A DNA stretch of 64,000 nt, from positions 1 through 64,000 of the forward strand of contig JBEWZL010000215.1 in the NCBI GenBank assembly GCA_045837725.1, given 5' to 3'. The translations under genes and the position numbers were made by a program. The stretch comes from Vermamoeba vermiformis. Lineage: Eukaryota. The notes beneath the pieces are model-generated. The model did no database searches. It was not told where the DNA came from and saw nothing but the letters and a program-made list of their open reading frames with translations. Shown here piece after piece: positions 51,747-64,000 of this stretch; within the stretch, counting starts at the first letter, position 1; every line of letters begins with the position of its first letter.

Positions 51747-52035
51747 GGTCAGCGCACGTCCAGTGTGCGTTTGTGGTAAAATCTTTCAAACAATTAAAAA
51801 TTTTATGAAAGTGTTACGGAGACATTACTGACGGGTGTACTGATCTTTATAAAGATCTATATATTTACAATCGCGGTATTGACTACAAGAAATGCAGTCC
51901 TCTTGAACAGTATTGTGCCTCAAGTTTGCTCCATCCGATCCAAAAAAAAGAGCCCATACAAACTTAAAATCGCATCCTCCTATTTACATATAGTACACTT
52001 AAAACCTCAAAAAAAAACAACGTGCGTTGCTTCGC

Positions 52036-53730
52036 TCAAAATGCAGCCACTTTGATGAACTTGGCACTCTTTTGCAGCGCATCCAAGTTGATCTCGTGTC
52101 CGCCTTGAAACGCGTTGAATTCTAATGCAGCACCGTTGTCGCTCAAAAACTTCCGCAGATATTCGCCAGAGAAGTACGGTAGCATAGTGTCGTTGTAGCC
52201 GTGCGATTGAAACACGCGGAGATTGCGGATCTTGTCCACTCGTTGCGCCCATTCGAGTAAGTTGAATGGCACTCCTGAATACACCAACAGACCTGCGCAC
52301 TGCTCCTCCAAGTTCAAACAGACATCTATCGCCAATATAGCACCCTAGAATAGAGCTATTAGTATCGGCAGACATTGAGTTTTGCTGTCAAAGACCAGCG
52401 GTAAAAACTCTGTTACGAGATTACGGATGCAAACTTGCTAATGTATATATACCTGTGAGAACCCTCCTAATACGATGCGCGAGGTTGGTAGTTGAGTTTC
52501 TTTTTGAACTTCCGCAATGAGTTGTAGAACCGCGTCGCGGGCCAAGTCCATGCCAGGAGGTTTGGATTGCATCACTTCGTCAAATTGTCGCGCAAATACT
52601 TTAGCCATAATGCTCTGTAGATTAAGTTCCCACCATAACTTGCCAGTCGGCACGAGAGGCATCGGATGTGGTGCCTCAGGCATGATGTACATGATCTGTC
52701 ATTCAAACTCGATTAGTAACTTCTTCAAGACGCATATTCGAGTATCATAATATCGTAGGTCGCATAGCTTAGTAAGTCGACGCTCTACCATGCTATAGAG
52801 CTCAAATAAATTCGCGTACAAAGGTTAATACCGCTTGACATTCCAAAATCGAATTTAAAAATCAAGCCAGTTATACTGGGAAATACTGCGCAATATGCAC
52901 GATATACTATCAAATAAGCATCTAACTTACATTATTGTTAGCCAAGTCGGGATGATTTAGCAGGTATTGTGCGACTGTTGCTAAATCCAGTCGATTAGCT
53001 CCATAACCGTGCAATAATATGACAACTAAGGACGGAGCTTGAGTTCTTGATAATACCGCGCACTTTAATCCAGCAATATCCCGGTCTTCGATAACCTGGT
53101 GCCGCGGGGCTTGGGCCGTTGTTTGGTCTAAATATAACCCAGGGTTAGATCGCAGTTTTATAATAATATGATGGTAAGTATTATTAATGGATGTATTGAT
53201 AGGCCTTTAAGGGTTAAGTATTAACGAAATTTTGAAGTAAAAATTGGTACTGACGGATTCTGCGCATAATTGTTATTGCCTCGTTGTGATTGTCCAACAA
53301 TACCAATGCGTGGTAAATAATCAAATGAACAGTTTTAATGAAAAAAATGGTGGCTCGTAACAACTACGTAATGCCGTAATTTTTTAATTACGAAGGGAGG
53401 TGCCCTCGAAAAAACCACCGGAAGGTAATTTATTGTGTTGTCGCTCGTATCAATTAAGTACGATAATGAATTTCGCGAATAAATAACATTGCAGAGAGCA
53501 AATGAGGACGCGGAGGTTGGATCGATCCCCGTAATGCGGCGCTATTGATTAATCATGATGATAGACTTACCAGCAGGCTCCAAATGCTCCGTCTCCATAA
53601 TTAATTTCAGGAATTCCTCTTTGTCTGCAATTCCAGTCACATCTACTTTTCGTCTCGTCAAGATCGTGCGCAGCTCTCTTACTGGCTTCTGGCGCAGCAC
53701 TTCCATCGTATACTTTGCTTTGGTATCCAT
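52036..53730 (-). CDS. Phospholipase/carboxylesterase (acyl-protein thioesterase-like), probably with an N-terminal SAP-like helical domain
   Basis: LLHGYGAN, LGGFSQG, HGYND, GGHEI. The upstream exon (PVRELRTILTRRKVDVTGIADKEEFLKLI) is phase-compatible; the joining is inferred. Confidence 0.8.
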
Positions 53731-54077
53731 GGTGATCAGTTCATTAACAACTGAAGGTTTGTTGGAACGCAGAAAAGGGAAAAAGTTATTACGATTTGTT
53801 TCACGAAGCGGATTTCACTTGAAAATAGAAATCCGCTCCGCTCATAGTATTCGGAACTAATGTCAGCCCTGAAATATTATCGAGATGCTTGATTTACTCA
53901 TCAACCGTATGAACTTTTCCTACGATAGGGAAAAGTTTCAAAAATGCCAAAAATAGCCGCTTCAAGAATTGGTTGGCCGCGGAGGTTGTCCCGTTATTAA
54001 TTAAATGTTCCATGGTATGACCAGAATGAATAAGAATGTTAAGCAACAAACACCATATTCATGAGAATCGCTAGACT

Positions 54078-55852
54078 TTAATGAATGCCAGATCCATCTT
54101 GCAGACCAGGCACAGTCACAACACCCTTATCAGTCACCAAATCAACATTTAAGAACGTTGCATTGCCACCTGACCAGCATTATTAGTCCTAAGTCGCGTA
54201 ACAGCTACTACTGTGCTTACCAATGACGCTCAAATGATCCACAATTTTGAACCAATCGTTCGGATCAATCTTCTCGGGATAAGTGCTCGCTGGCTGACTG
54301 CCCTTCATGTAGACTAAGTCACCGACAGTGGAGCCTTGAGGAGGCTGCAACAGTATGACTTGCAGCTGATTGGGCGTGAATTTGCCGTTGTCACCTGCGA
54401 GCAACATGCCCTGACTCGGAACTCCTCCGAGAGGTCGTGGAGGAATGTTGAGAATAGCGACTGCGACTCTGTCCTGCAAGTCTTCGAGCTTGTAGTAGCT
54501 ACAACAATAAGGAGTATTAAAACTAAGTCCCGTCAATAACTGTGATCAACTTACGCTTGAATGCCAGCGCAGACAGTGACGCTCGATCCAGCGGCATCAG
54601 TTTGCAATTGACACACGACCAACTTGTTGGACTTGGGGTGTTTCTTAGCTGACGTAATCTTCACGACCTAAATCAATATTTCCTAATTAGGAAAGGTCGT
54701 TCAAACAATACCGGTACAAATCTAGCTCGTGTTCCTGGATATTAATGGACTTACTTGAATCTTGGCACTGCTAAATAATGAAGCATCGACACTAGAACTG
54801 CCACTAGAGCTGGCTGGTGCAGCTGGTGCGGCACCTGAAGCAGATCCAGAAGACGAACCGTGTTGAGGGGCGGATGGCGACATGGCAAGGTGTTCTAACG
54901 CTGATTTTTCTTTGACGAATTCCTATTACGATAATACATTAACCAAATAGTTTATATAGCGCAAAGAATGCTTTTAAAAAAAATAAATATGCGGATCAGG
55001 TTCTACTTGTCATCATCAAATTCAGAGGATTGACAGATTTAATACAGCAGAATAAGGTCATCATAATGCATATCATTAGCACTATTAGAGCAATAGTTCT
55101 CAATACGTACATGAGACAAGCCCAAGTTGTTTTCTAAATCAAAAATGATATTGTCGACGCTCTTCAACGCGCGTTCGAGAGGATTAGCAATCTATTAGGC
55201 AATATATTAATACTAATGTCTTATGAAAGCAAAAATAACACTAGATCTGGTAACGTACGTGTTTCTCAGGCATCGAGAACGGGCTTGAAATGTACATCAC
55301 GTTATTAACATTGCCTAAGGCATCTCTTTCGGTGTGTCTGGCGCTATCAGTTCTCCATTCATCATTGACGACATATTTGTATCTATTAAATCAATTGTAA
55401 GCCATCTGAAACCGATCGCATCTGAAAAAATTTTGTTGTAGGAGCGTACTCGTATTTGCCAGGGGCGAGTGAGACTGAAGTTGAATATACATGATGAGTA
55501 GCATCTTCTGCTGGCTTGCCTTCGAGTTTCAAAGGAATACGGCTCCAGTTATTAAATGATGCAGACAATTCGACCTTGGCTTTGTGATCTGGATGCTTCC
55601 AGGAGAATGTAACATTTTTCTTATTCTATTTATAATTATTCGTTAGCATTTCGGCCGATTGAATCGCTATTAGTTTCAGATCCGATTTTCAAACAAATAT
55701 CATTTCACTAATTGTTTTACTATTATTATTTTATAACCTATTCGAATAATTAGATAGTAATTATTAATACTCACGTGGGGCAAGCCTAAATTATTTTCTA
55801 TGTTGACTACAATATGATCGACTTTTCTGATCGCTTGCTGTGTGTGACTCAT
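54078..55852 (-). CDS. CBM48 (AMPK-beta-type glycogen-binding) + EMAPII/tRNA-binding OB-fold fusion protein; multi-exon
   Basis: VTFSW...SASFNNWS...LAPGKYEYKYVVNDEW...GNVNN (CBM48); KITSAKKHPKSNKL...VCAGI...ILNIPPRPLGGVPSQGMLLA...LLQPPQGSTVGD (EMAPII-like). Confidence 0.8.
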
Positions 55853-56243
55853 TCTTCGCTATCATTAAAATTAATTAAAATTATATAATATAGCGCGTCA
55901 TATTTTTTGGCTAATTTAATTAATCAGTCTGACGAAGTGTCACGGATCATCTAGATGGGTGATCTGCTTACTTGACAGTATTGGGTACTAAGTGCTCGTA
56001 GTGTTGTATTTATAGCACTTAACATTGTACTAACACGCGGTGGCTACAAAACAACAATAAATCAAGCAAGCCACCCAGGCCCGGGAAATTTCAGGTTCAA
56101 AAAAAAGTTGCGAAACGATCGAGAAAGGCGCAAAAAATTAATCCATTTACCCTATTTCAATCTCTGTGTACACCACACCTCACAACCTTAACGTCGGTTA
56201 TGTAAATCTACATTCACTACAACAAAACAAGGTAGCAGAACAA

Positions 56244-57961
56244 ATGTACGACGAATCAGACGAAATCTTCCAACAACTCGTTGCAAGTGTCCAAGGACAC
56301 GAAGACTTGCTAAGGTAAAATTACTATTAACAATAATCAACAATTATTGCATATTTTACACGAAGCCGAAACGACGCAGTCAATTTTTAAAATTATTCTT
56401 TGAAATTATCTTGATAAATAAGACTTAAATTCTTTTAGTGTTGTACATGTACAAAGCTTTACAGCCTTTAAACAAAGGCAAGATTAACTGACTGATTCTT
56501 TTTCGCAGCTCATCTGGCCCGATTATGCTGGTGAACAATGGCCCCAATGGCGATAATAATGCCCCCAGTCAATTGAATACGACTGTTCCGGGTGAGAATT
56601 CGGCATTGCCCAATCCCAACAATAATGCGAACCCCGCTCCGAGTGCAGCAGAGTCTAATCCCAATCAACGACGCGTGCCCCTAGTGACCGTTACATTCGT
56701 CAACAATCCGCTGCTCAACGCGCCTGCTGCTACTCTTGTTCGCGACCATGCCATTGAACCCATCTCCGTGCCTACCATCAACAAGTTCAGCACCGTCACG
56801 CCCTCCAACGCACTCAGTCAGCCCGCTGCACCTGCGGCACGACGAGTAGCCCTCGTGAACCAGCCCGCCATCAGCCACTTGGTCCGCAAGACCCTGCGCA
56901 AGTACGCTGATGTCTATGCCGCCCAGCCCAATCGCCCTGCTGTTGTTGCCAATAATAACAACACCGCTGTCAACACCGCCACTGTCAATAATGTCGTGGT
57001 TAACAGCGCTGCGCCGGTCTTCAACAACGCGCAGATCACAGCCACGCACACTGGCATCAACTACGTCAGTGTCACCGTGCAGCAGCAACAAGCCCCTGTT
57101 GCTCAGCCCCAGAACCGCATCAGTTACTATGCGTACAACTACCACAACAAGGTCAAGCCCCGCGACAAGTTGAGTCCCAGCCACATCCCTGTCAGCAAGT
57201 TGCAGATTGGGGCCTGGAGCCGGCAATCCCAATTTGTCGGTGACACGATGTGCAAGTTCCTGTACAACAAGAAGGAGCTCGTGTGGGAGATGTTGCACTC
57301 TGGCGGCCTCAAGTACAAGATCCTCATTCACTACTCGGATGTCATTGGGTTTGACTTTGACATTCCCAACTCTGTCTTTGCCAAACAAAAGACGAGTGCC
57401 GTGCCCAAGACGAAGAAAACTGACGGCGATGACACGCAGTCCTCGGGCAATGTGTCGCGCTTGATTGTCGAGCTGTCCAAGGCTCCTGAGTTCTTTGTCG
57501 AGATCAACCCTCAGCCTGGCAAGAACACGCAATGGACGCGCACGACTGACTTCACGGATGGCGAGGCCTCGAGCTGTCGTTATCACGTGTTGGAGTTCAA
57601 CCGCGGTCACCTGCCTCATCACTATCAAAAGCTGCTCAGCTCTGACGTGCGCTTGAAGATGATTGTCGAGGTAAGTTTGAATTGGTTTTAAATTTGATCT
57701 GGTGGAGACTAACATATTCTTATTAATTATCAGACGAAAGAAGTGAACATTGACCCAGCTGATGTTGCTTTTCGTCCCGCGCAGCCTGTGACAGATGTCA
57801 ACAGCGTGTCCTCGGTGTTTGTATTGCCCGCAGTTCCTGCTCACACCAGACCTCACGCACCGCCAGTGAACTACATCAACACGCACCACGCTGTGCAGTC
57901 CTCAGCGCTCAACATTGCCGTGCCCTTGCATGTAGTGCCCGCACACAGCGTGTTGCACTGA
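56244..57961 (+). CDS. TRF2/HOY1 PH-like domain protein with long Asn/Pro/Ala-rich N-terminus
   Basis: LQIGAWSRQSQFVGDTMCKF...KKELVWEML..GGLKYKI.IHYSD...PEFFVEINPQPGKNTQW..TTDFTDGEAS..RYH matches, from memory, the plant/amoebozoan family motif set. Confidence 0.7.
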
Positions 57962-58276
57962 CTCGCGGACCAATCGTGCGTGTCTTGACCGTTAGTGCAG
58001 CAAGCTCTCGCTGACACTTTGACCTTTTGGATGGTTAATAAAGCTCTAGTATTGCGATCCAACAAATTAACATTAGTATTGGCATTGAATTGATTGTTCT
58101 AGATTGTTATACCGATTTGTCCGATCATTTTTAGCAACCTCGTGAAATTTCAACATTTGCATCGTGTCAGATAAGACGGAGATGTGAACGAATCTTAAAC
58201 CAACCAGCGGACAATAAATTGTTCGGTTTACTATCGACATATATTTACATTTACATTCATATTTCTTAGTGGTTAT

Positions 58277-59310
58277 TTACAGCTGATCGGTCAGTTTTTG
58301 CAAATGTACTCGAGCTAAAGCAACCATGTAATCATTGTATTCAAAAGTCAGTGACTTTTTAATGTTTTCAATCGCTGCTTCTTTGTTGCGCATTGCTTCG
58401 TAGTATAGCCCGATGTAATAGTAGCCATAGAACTTGGTTCGGTTTTTGAGTGCTGAATCCGGAAGTTTATCTGTCTCTTTATGGATGTCTTCGATGCTTC
58501 CTTTGCCTATGAACGATATAAGTATTAGTTCCATTGATCGTTAAGATTGCTTATCGAAAGAAAGCGCGGATCAATCGCGTGATTGCGCGCTCGAAGAATT
58601 TTCCTTGTTTGGATCGTAAACTGCGCACGTACCTGCGAATAAATTATAAACTTGCAGCATGGGCACGCGTTTATCTGTCCTGTTGGCACCGAAATTGTTT
58701 CTCGAGCCTATAATCGGAAAATTAATTAAAAATTGATCTGGACTTTCGGATGGATTGAAACACTTCGGAGATTGATTTATTCGGCATAACGCAATATTGT
58801 CATGATCATTGAAGTCATAACAGCAAATCATTACCTGATCGAAGCTCCGAGATGCAGCGATGCACAAAAACCTCCAGACAGTCTCTTCTACATCGGCTCC
58901 GTTTACAGTCATATCAACTTCAAATTGCTTGGCGCCTATAATATAATTAGTTTGATACAAATTTGGTACAAATAATGACGGTCGCGTAGATGAGCGCGTT
59001 AATTGTTTAGAATGCGTGAATTAAATTATATTTACCTTCGTCATAGCGCTCTGCAAAGTAGTAAGCGAGGCCTCGTTGCCACAAATAAGGAAGAACTTTG
59101 GAATTTGCCTCTAAGGCCTAAATTATTTTGTTAAAGACTAGATGACGCAGAATTCGAGCTGATTATCGCTCAAATAATTTCCTAAATCTACAAAAAATAT
59201 TTTTTAATTGATTGAATTACCTTATCAAACATTTCAATTGATTTGGCAAAGCTGCCGCTCAGCAACAAGTCGGATCCAATGTCCATATAATCACGATAAG
59301 ATTGTGCCAT
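58277..59310 (-). CDS. NlpI-like TPR protein; multi-exon
   Basis: PYLWQRGLAYYFAERYDEGAKQFEVDMTVNGADVEETVWRFLC; DKRVPM; FYGYYYIGLYYEA; DYMVALARVH. Confidence 0.8.
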
Positions 59311-59785
59311 TTCAGGTGTGGTGCACTGTAGTAATTTGTAATATAATTATGAATGTGTCCCCGCATTAAAATGTCCAGCAAATATTGGTTCGAACGTTAA
59401 ACAACTCTTCTTCAGCTAAAGAACTAACTGAAATTTCACTTAAATTAAGGCTGGCTTGCCTTTTATGGACAGCAGTTCTAAACATGGTCAATGACGTCAT
59501 ATGCAGCACAAAATTACGTCATCAAGTCACATGTCCTGAGGCGTTTTACCTTTAAAATCTCTTCGGGTTTCGAAAGTAAGGTCACAAATCTTATTTTGTA
59601 CCACTTAGGCTTCCTGTTCCGCAACAATAAGACATCGATTAGATATATAGATGATCGGAGATGATTCTTTTGGGTCTTACCCTCTTTACGGTCACTTTTT
59701 CATCTAAGCTAATAATTTTCATCGATAAAGAGTAACAACAGCTCTCGTCTTGTAAATAGTATTAATATTATATCAATATCTATTT

Positions 59786-60755
59786 ATGGGTCTCAAGCAT
59801 TCCAAAAAGAAGAAACACGCAAACTTAACAGTCGATAAAAAACCTGCACGGAATGGAACCTTAGTGTAAGCTAGATCTGGCCCCAAATATAACAAATAAT
59901 TAATTACAAGACATGAAGTAAGGGCAAAGTCATATTCGTTGGCGATTCAGGTACGCAACATAGATTTTTTTGAATTGGAATTCCATTTAAAATACAAATT
60001 AAATGCAGGCGTTGGAAAAACAGCCATAATTGAACGAATAGCAGTAAGTACTCGATTTTATAAGGTACAAAATATTAACGATCTCCAGGAAGGAAAATTC
60101 ACCTCAGAATTTGTGTCGTTCACGCCGGACAAAGTATGGATCTGCTTGATTAGAGGGAGATATCGCTAACTGTAACGCTTTAATTAGAAAGAAAAAATGA
60201 TTGCTGCGAGTGACGGGCGCGAAGTCGAATTTGAACTGGCAAGTGTCACCACGATGTAATTTATCAATCATTCATCTAATTTGTTCCTTACAGTGGGACA
60301 CAGCAGGACAAGAGAGGTAGATAGAACGACATTTATTACCATATCATATCACTATAAGGCACGTATAACCTCGTGAACAGGTTCCGCACCATCACTGCGT
60401 CGTACTACCGCGGGGCCAATATCGTGTGTCTCGTGTGTGATTTGACGTCCAAAGAGTCGTTCAACAACTTTGACATGTGGCGCGGTGAGATCGACAGGTA
60501 CGCCAGTGACAGCGCCATCAGACTGTTGCTCGCCAACAAGAGCGATCTCGCGGACAAGCGGTCTGTGTCCCCAGAGGAGTTGCAGGTACGTTTGCGACAC
60601 TTTAAATGACACGTGTCAAACGACTGACTGCGCTGCAGAACTACGCCGAGCAGTATGACACACCGTTGTTTGAACTGTCAGCCAAAACCAGTGCGAATGT
60701 CAACGGGACATTTCAAAAGATTGCTGACTTGTTGCTTGCACGCCTCAGGAATTAA
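59786..60755 (+). CDS. Rab1-like small GTPase with N-terminal MGxxxS/polybasic extension and no C-terminal cysteines; multi-exon
   Basis: GDSGVGKT, WDTAGQE, RFRTITASYYRGA, NKSD, LSAK; starts MGLKHSKKKKH; ends LLARLRN*. Confidence 0.85.
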
Positions 60756-60841
60756 TGGTTCTGCTCGGAATAAAATACATCCAGGACTTGTTTGTGTCAT
60801 TTTGATATTAAGGTATTTATTTGTACAATCATCTTCTTGCA

Positions 60842-63800
60842 CTACTCGTGCTCGTCATTCGCTTGGTCCACGTGCTCAGTATTGTCATATTCTTTGCCGT
60901 ACTGCTCTTCGCCCTGCATGTACTCCTCGCCCTCGCCCTGCACCTCGTCCACGGTGTGTTCTTGTGCTGCAGTGTCTTCATACTCTTCGCCGTACTGCCC
61001 TTCATCGTGCATCTCTTGTGCGTACTCTTCGTTGTCGTGTGAGTACTCCTCGCCTTCACCTTGCATCTCTTCATACACGTGCTCTTCGTGCTCGTGTTCG
61101 GCACTCTGCTCGTACTCAGCCTGCTCTTCATTCATGTCAATACTCTCGTCGTGAGGGAGGCCATGATGTGATTCGGCTGCTAGCTCTTCATTGTGTTGTG
61201 CATCAACGGGCGTGGTTTGACTTGCAGTCGACGGCATGACATTTGTGTTGTTAGTGCTGTCAGTGGAGACACTCTGCTCGTGCTGCTCAGCGCTGTCTGG
61301 CACTGACTCGCCTTCAGCTGGCACATTGCGCAGTGACAACACAATTCTGTCGCGTTGAAAGTCCAATGAAGTGACTCGTGCGCGCAACACATCCCCGACA
61401 TTGGCAATACTTGCAGGAGTGTGAGAGGCGTTGTTGCTCACTTCGCTCTTGTGCACAAAGCCTGTTTGTTTCATGCCGAGGTCGATGAATATACCAAATG
61501 GCGTGATATTCGTGACGACACCTTCAACAATCTTGCCGATAGTTAGATCTGTCATGCGCGGCACATCAGACTTGAGGGCTGGTTTGGGCATTGACTCGCG
61601 TGGATCGGTCAGTGGCTCTTTGAGTACTTCAATTATGTACAACACTGACTCGCGCTGTGATGCGGCATCGAGTTCTTGCACTGTTAACGAGTGTTAGTGA
61701 ATGACACGTGTCATTTTGTGACAGGTGACTTACAGTACTCGTCAGACACTTCTTTGCCGCTCAGTTTTGTTTTGATTGCTGCTCGTCCTTCACTGGTTTT
61801 GATGCTGTCAACTGTCTCGTTGATTGACTGCAGCACTTTCTCAGCCAATGAATAGTCAGCGGGATGGATCTGGGGCCTCGGTTAGTACTGTCCAAATGAG
61901 CCTTGGTGACGTACTCTCGTGCTGTCCAGCGCATTGTTCGCCACATCAATCGCAATGCGTACAAATCCAGCGCATTGTTCGTAGATTTGAGCGCTGAATT
62001 GAGGCACGGAAAGCAGCTGTTGGCGCGAGGTGAATTTGTTCTGCGCTCTGTAGCTCACAATCTCGCGCGCCAGTGCCGCATTGAGACCTGACACGTGTCG
62101 CAGTTGATGGAGCGAGGCTGTGTTGATGTCAATGAGCGATGAATTGACTGCATCAATCACGCCTGACTCAAGCATTGTGTGCACATTAACGATGTCTTGT
62201 TGCAGGGGATGGACGCCTGTATATGTTATGAGTTGATATGTGGATGATAATTTACTCTATCAATGACCTACCAATCGCATCCACTTCAACTTTGACGAGT
62301 TCTTCGAGTGGATCTTGCAGTCGTCGAGCAACAGAGACTGCTGCGCGCATTTGAGTGTCAAGACTCTGTTTAATACAATTAGAATACTGTGACTGTTTAA
62401 CGTTGATAGCTATCAATAACGTACTGGAAACTCTTCTCGTCCAAGATCTGAACTAGCGTAACTCCTGAATGAATGTTAGTACCGCTATGTATACTCCAAT
62501 ACTCATGCACGCACACTGCAGCCAGCTCATTGACTATCATGAACTTGACATTGGTTTTGAACTCCGCGTTGATGTTGGCCAAGAATCGTTCTGTCTCACG
62601 CGCTCCGAACCCTGATGGATTAGGAGCAATCAGTGAGCTGTTGGATATGACAAGCAGATTATATTACCTTGCGAAATTGCTACAGCGATAACGTTGTGCT
62701 GGCGATACAGTCCTAACAGTGCCTCTTTAGCCGGGGCCGGTTGACTGATGGGCGGGTGCGGATAGATCAGCGTGGAAGTTTGCAACACTCCGCGCTCATT
62801 GATCACTGCTACACGACAGCCTAATTAGGAAGTCAGTTTAATGACTTGAGTGGGTACATTGATTCATTTCTACCTGACTTGTAGCCCGGATCGATGCCCA
62901 TGATTGCACCGCGCACAGGTGGCTGCAACACAGACTGATAGACGCTGTTGTATATCACACTCGTCATTGGCTCACTGGCTCGTGCTACAACCAGGTGTTA
63001 GTTACTAACATCACTGACACGTCTAATCGATGGGCTGAGCTACATACCAGCAGCACGAGCACGCACTTCAGCTGCAAATATTGGCAGCAAGTAATGTTTG
63101 CAGGCCTGGTCGATCGCATTGGTGATGTACAGCGCGTAGTCTGAACTCGCGTCCTTCAAGTAGCGCGTCTTCAAATAGCCTTGAATGTCGTGCGGGAACT
63201 CAATGTCGACGTGCAAATATCCTTCTCGCTCACCTGTCACACGTGTTAATATCAATAGCAGAGGTTGAAATGACGTAATCAATAACAATTGGATTAGTAC
63301 TGATCTGATGTTATGTCCCCAGTACTTGTTGTATATCCATACCCTTATTCATGGTGAGCAGGCGAATATTGGACATATTGGCGAGGGGCTCAAACACTTG
63401 AAAATAATCGCGGAACTTGTGCGCGCGTTTGATGTAATCTGTCATTGCCTAATTAGTACATGCCAAGTCGGTACTCGATGCTCTTACCTTGATCTTTGTT
63501 CTGCCTCTCGACACTGACCAACTTGTTCGACTTGGTGCACTTGACAATAGCATCGGCAGTGAAGTGTTGTCTGATGTAGTCGCGCACTGATTGGTCCGCG
63601 CAGATCTGTTCAGCTGCGAGTTGAACGGCCGCTTTCATCACCGAGGGGTAGTCTGGATAACCTTGTTCTAGTCATGCAAGTTAGTACTGAGTAGTTTGAG
63701 TATATTAGGATTGTAATTAGTAATAGAAATTCTTTTTAATCTTCCTAATTGCAGCAAGTAGCGCGTTAGACATAATTAATAATATTTCTTTAAGTATGGT

Positions 63801-64000
63801 ACTATGAAGAAATTACCAGGTTTGATGAAAGACATGGCAAAAGCATGTAGATTCATATTCGGAGTGTCAAAAGGAGTTTGATCGAGTAATTTCGCTGTCA
63901 ATTTATCCAAGCCGACGACTTTAATCGGCGCAGTGCGAGGATTACTCTCCAATTTAATGGGAATATAATAATCTGCAACTTCTATAATAAAATATAAATA
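60842..64000 (-). CDS. Tex/SRBD1-like S1 RNA-binding protein (5' end outside the window) with acidic repetitive C-terminal tail
   Basis: [15 protein letters not shown] (YqgF-like), [24 protein letters not shown]...[14 protein letters not shown] (HhH), [10 protein letters not shown]1 domain [27 protein letters not shown]. Confidence 0.9.

Noticed and set aside
56681-57889. 402-aa minus-strand ORF, and similar long antisense ORFs over the PKS
   Set aside because: Antisense shadows of codon-biased genes on the opposite strand; no motifs.

Overview
Intron-rich eukaryotic DNA with short GT-AG introns and dense genes. It is most consistent with an amoebozoan-like protist: the actin fragment reads [17 protein letters not shown] and there is a Dictyostelium-type iterative PKS. 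The window has two compartments. (1) About 1-14 kb is a CpG-depleted mobile/relic zone. It holds an intact piggyBac-family transposase paired head-to-head with an intact 3-exon TET/JBP-like 2OG-Fe(II) dioxygenase. This pair is bracketed by two diverged direct copies of a ~2.3-2.5 kb module containing arrays of a 43-bp palindromic repeat, and decayed repeat-rich relics follow. (2) About 14-64 kb holds about 18 CpG-normal host genes: membrane-anchored alpha/beta hydrolase, amino-acid transporter, GT31, reducing type I PKS, actin-like protein, VIT-vWA-TPR-DUF2135 protein, F-box/LRR, Kelch, GH38 mannosidase, ACSF2-like ligase, a small anchored protein, two myxobacterial-type Cys-rich proteins, thioesterase, CBM48-EMAPII fusion, TRF2/HOY1-PH-like protein, NlpI-like TPR, atypical Rab and Tex/SRBD1. 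Two observations stand out. First, an apparently split actin: actin residues ~5-57 are embedded in the VIT/DUF2135 protein, and the divergently transcribed neighbour encodes the complementary residues ~58-375. Second, the piggyBac + TET/JBP cassette sits in a region that bears a CpG-methylation footprint. All gene models and family calls were made by eye; no database search was run.
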